Notes under the pieces: model-generated
What the model was told of the DNA's origin: nothing
What the model saw: the letters and a program-made list of their open reading frames with translations, nothing else
Database searches by the model: none
From: Azolla caroliniana
Lineage: Eukaryota > Plantae > Polypodiophyta
DNA length: 64,000 bases
Direction of reading: 5' to 3'
Assembly (NCBI GenBank): GCA_043228905.1
Contig: JBHGNT010000010.1
Location: 7,564,001 to 7,628,000, forward strand
Shown: positions 61,558-64,000 of the stretch, piece after piece
How positions within the stretch are numbered: the first letter of the stretch is position 1
How the letters are laid out: every line of letters begins with the position of its first letter
Program-made: the position numbers and the translations under genes

Positions 61558-63585
61558 CACTTATGAACAACACAAGATGGGGGATGAGTAAGTATATTAA
61601 ATTAGCATTATCATCATCATCATCAAATATAAAAATACCCACAATGAGGTATATATACATCTCATGTGCAAAGGTGCACATGTGTGAGTAGAATATAGGT
61701 ACTAATGTGTAAGTCCTATATTAAATGTACTTAGGAGTGGAGGATCTAGAATATCCCACTTAAGTACAAGGTCCTATTTAAGGCATTATAGTCAACACTT
61801 CTAACTAGATTCTATCTAGGTAACTACGAAGTTACATGGCTGATTGACTAACTAAACTGAGTTGAGCTTGATCTCTCAACGCGCCCCCTCAAGCTCAAGT
61901 GTGAGGCGTCCGACATCCGGTGTTATTTTCGGTGTTGTCCAGCTTCCGATGTCGGCTTCTGTGCGGCTTCCGTCCGGCCTTCGACTTTCCTCGCCGCGGC
62001 AATCTCGGTTCCTCCCCCTCAAGCCGGTGACGAAGGCTTGTAGTGTGTGGGCAAAGGTCGACTACTTCCACCAATTGTGGGTTACGAGCCCCTTCGGTGG
62101 AGCTCTTGGGCTCTTGTTCAGCCACTACCTTCATCGTGAAGGCGTAATGATGGGCCATGTACTCGTTCTAGCCGTGCCGAGTGAAGGGGTTCTTAGTTCT
62201 AGATGAGCATCGAAGTTTTTCGCTCGCCGATGTGAGTGCCTTCTTTACTCCGGGTGTCCGCATGATGGGTACACCGAACTCACTGTCTAGTGAGGGAGCC
62301 GATCCATCTGAATCATTGTTGTCAGGGTGGTCGAATTCGTATTCGGGCATCTTACCTTTGTCTTTGTCCAAGTTCGTACTTGGCTGTGACGTGCTTGGGT
62401 CGCGTGGGGGCTCTTGTGGCCCACTAGGCCTTGCCATAATCGGACTTTCTTTGAACATGTGTTCGAAGTGATCTCCATCTTCTACCTCTTGTTCGGTGGA
62501 TTCCGGGTCGAGCGGAGTCGGAGTCGAAGTTGTCTCTGGTGCATACTAGGATGCGGACTTGTCGAAGACTACCTCTCGACTTACCCGAACCGCTCGGCTA
62601 GAAGGGTTGTAGCACTTGTATGCCTTCTTCTTGGACGAGTATCCTATGAGGATACATTCCTCCGACTTCGCGTCGGGCTTCTGTCGGCTTTCGTTCGGGA
62701 TGCGTACATTCGCAATGCTTCTCAACACCTTGAGGTGTGACAGGATCGGCTTCCTTCCGACGAGGAGCTCGTAGGGAGCTAGCTCAAGGGCTCCATTGGT
62801 GGTGCACCGATTCATGAGATAGACGGCCATGGATGCCACTTCGACCCAATAGAAATTCGGCATGTGCTTCTCATGCAACATGGCGCGTGCTACCTCGAGT
62901 ATTTGCTGATTTTTCCTTTCGGTGACTCCATTTTGTTGGGGTTTGTGTCAGCATGAGAATTCTCAACAAATGCCTTCACTTTGGAGGTAGGAGGTGAATT
63001 CGTCGGAAAAGTACTCCTTGCCTTCATCCGATCGTAGGCATCGAATGTGTCGACCGGTTTCTTTCTCGATTTGCCCCTTGAGCTTTTGGAAGTGGGAGAA
63101 CACTTCACTCTTCTTTTTCATCGTGAAGATCCATGTGTAGCGCGAGTAGTCGTCGATGAAGGTGATGTAGAATCGGCATCCATCGATCGTCGGCGTTTGA
63201 GCCGGTCCCCATACATCCGAGTGTATGATGTCGAGGAGGCCTTTGTTTGCGGAGCTCTCCTTCGAGAATGGGATTCGATGTTGTTTGTCGAGTTGATACG
63301 CATCGCATACTCGGTCACCTCGTTTCGACTCGAATGTCGGAAGTCCAATGACGACTCCCTTTGTTTGCATAGCTCGAAGCCGTTGGAGGTTTATGTGGCC
63401 GATTCTCTTGTGCCACAACTCGATGCTTGTCTCGGTTTTGAGACTTTTAGCGTACATTGCCGATTTCACCTCGTTCGAATCGAGGATGAACATTCGGCCG
63501 TCTCTCTGCCCCTTCGCTCTAAGTTGTCCATCTTTCTCGATGAAACAACCTTCGTTGTTGAAGCGAACTTGCATGCCTTTGTCAT
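61452..63585 (-). mobile_element. Ty1/copia fragment H (integrase, RT/RH largely deleted, probable 3' LTR at ~61452-61881)
   Basis: LWHKRIGH, IHSDVWGP, FIDDYSR and LRSDEGKEY. A PPT-like TTGAGCTTGAGGGGG, as in copia A, lies at 61883-61898. The left LTR boundary is uncertain. A (GA)n tract lies at ~61500-61555. Confidence 0.75.
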
Positions 63586-63734
63586 GTGTATACAAAACCC
63601 AATAAACTTTATAGTGATTCGAACCCATGACCTCCTCAAAGAAGGCATACAACCCCATTCATTAGGATACATAATATTGTATGTATTAAATAATAAATTC
63701 TATTATATCAATAGGAAATTTTATTTTGGCTTCA

Positions 63735-64000
63735 CGGTCTTCCGAATGACATCATTAGTGATCGTGGCCCACAATTCATCTCAAAATTCTGGAAACACTT
63801 CCTTGAGATGCTCAAAATTTCCTGTAAACTTTCGTCAAACTATCATCCACAAAGTGACGGTCAAACCAAGTGGAAGAATCAAACATTAGAGCAATATCTT
63901 CGGTGTTTCATCAATTACCAATAGGATGATTGGGGTGGATTTTTTGCACTTTGCAGAGTTTGCATACAATAATTCAATTTATTCCTCAACTGGGTATACT
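63735..64000 (+). pseudogene. Chromovirus-type integrase fragment running off the window
   Basis: [18 protein letters not shown]...YHPQSDGQT...[15 protein letters not shown]. Confidence 0.75.

Noticed and set aside
63047-63889. 280-aa plus-strand ORF
   Set aside because: It is the antisense shadow of the copia H integrase crossing element junctions and has no recognisable domain.

Overview
This is eukaryotic, TE-saturated plant DNA, probably from a fern or another seed-free land plant. That call is inferred from the copia/chromovirus types, a PLS-PPR fragment and pervasive CG/CHG C>T decay. I see no intact host gene. The window is a deep nest of decayed Ty1/copia and Ty3/gypsy LTR retrotransposons, solo LTRs and a hAT-type non-autonomous element. 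Most boundaries can be fixed by TG...CA ends and target-site duplications. Removing the nested insertions reveals the main feature: a ~9.8 kb cut-and-paste DNA transposon now spanning 14571-48005, with 30-bp TIRs and a 4-bp CACC TSD. It carries a Sola-like/DUF7869-type DDD transposase on the + strand. Divergently transcribed from it is an intron-containing gene encoding a ParB-like domain fused to a bacterial-type beta-class N6A/N4C DNA methyltransferase. Between the two genes is an array of ~19 regularly spaced 23-bp palindromes. Both genes are pseudogenised in this copy. Family assignments come from motif recognition only, with no database search.
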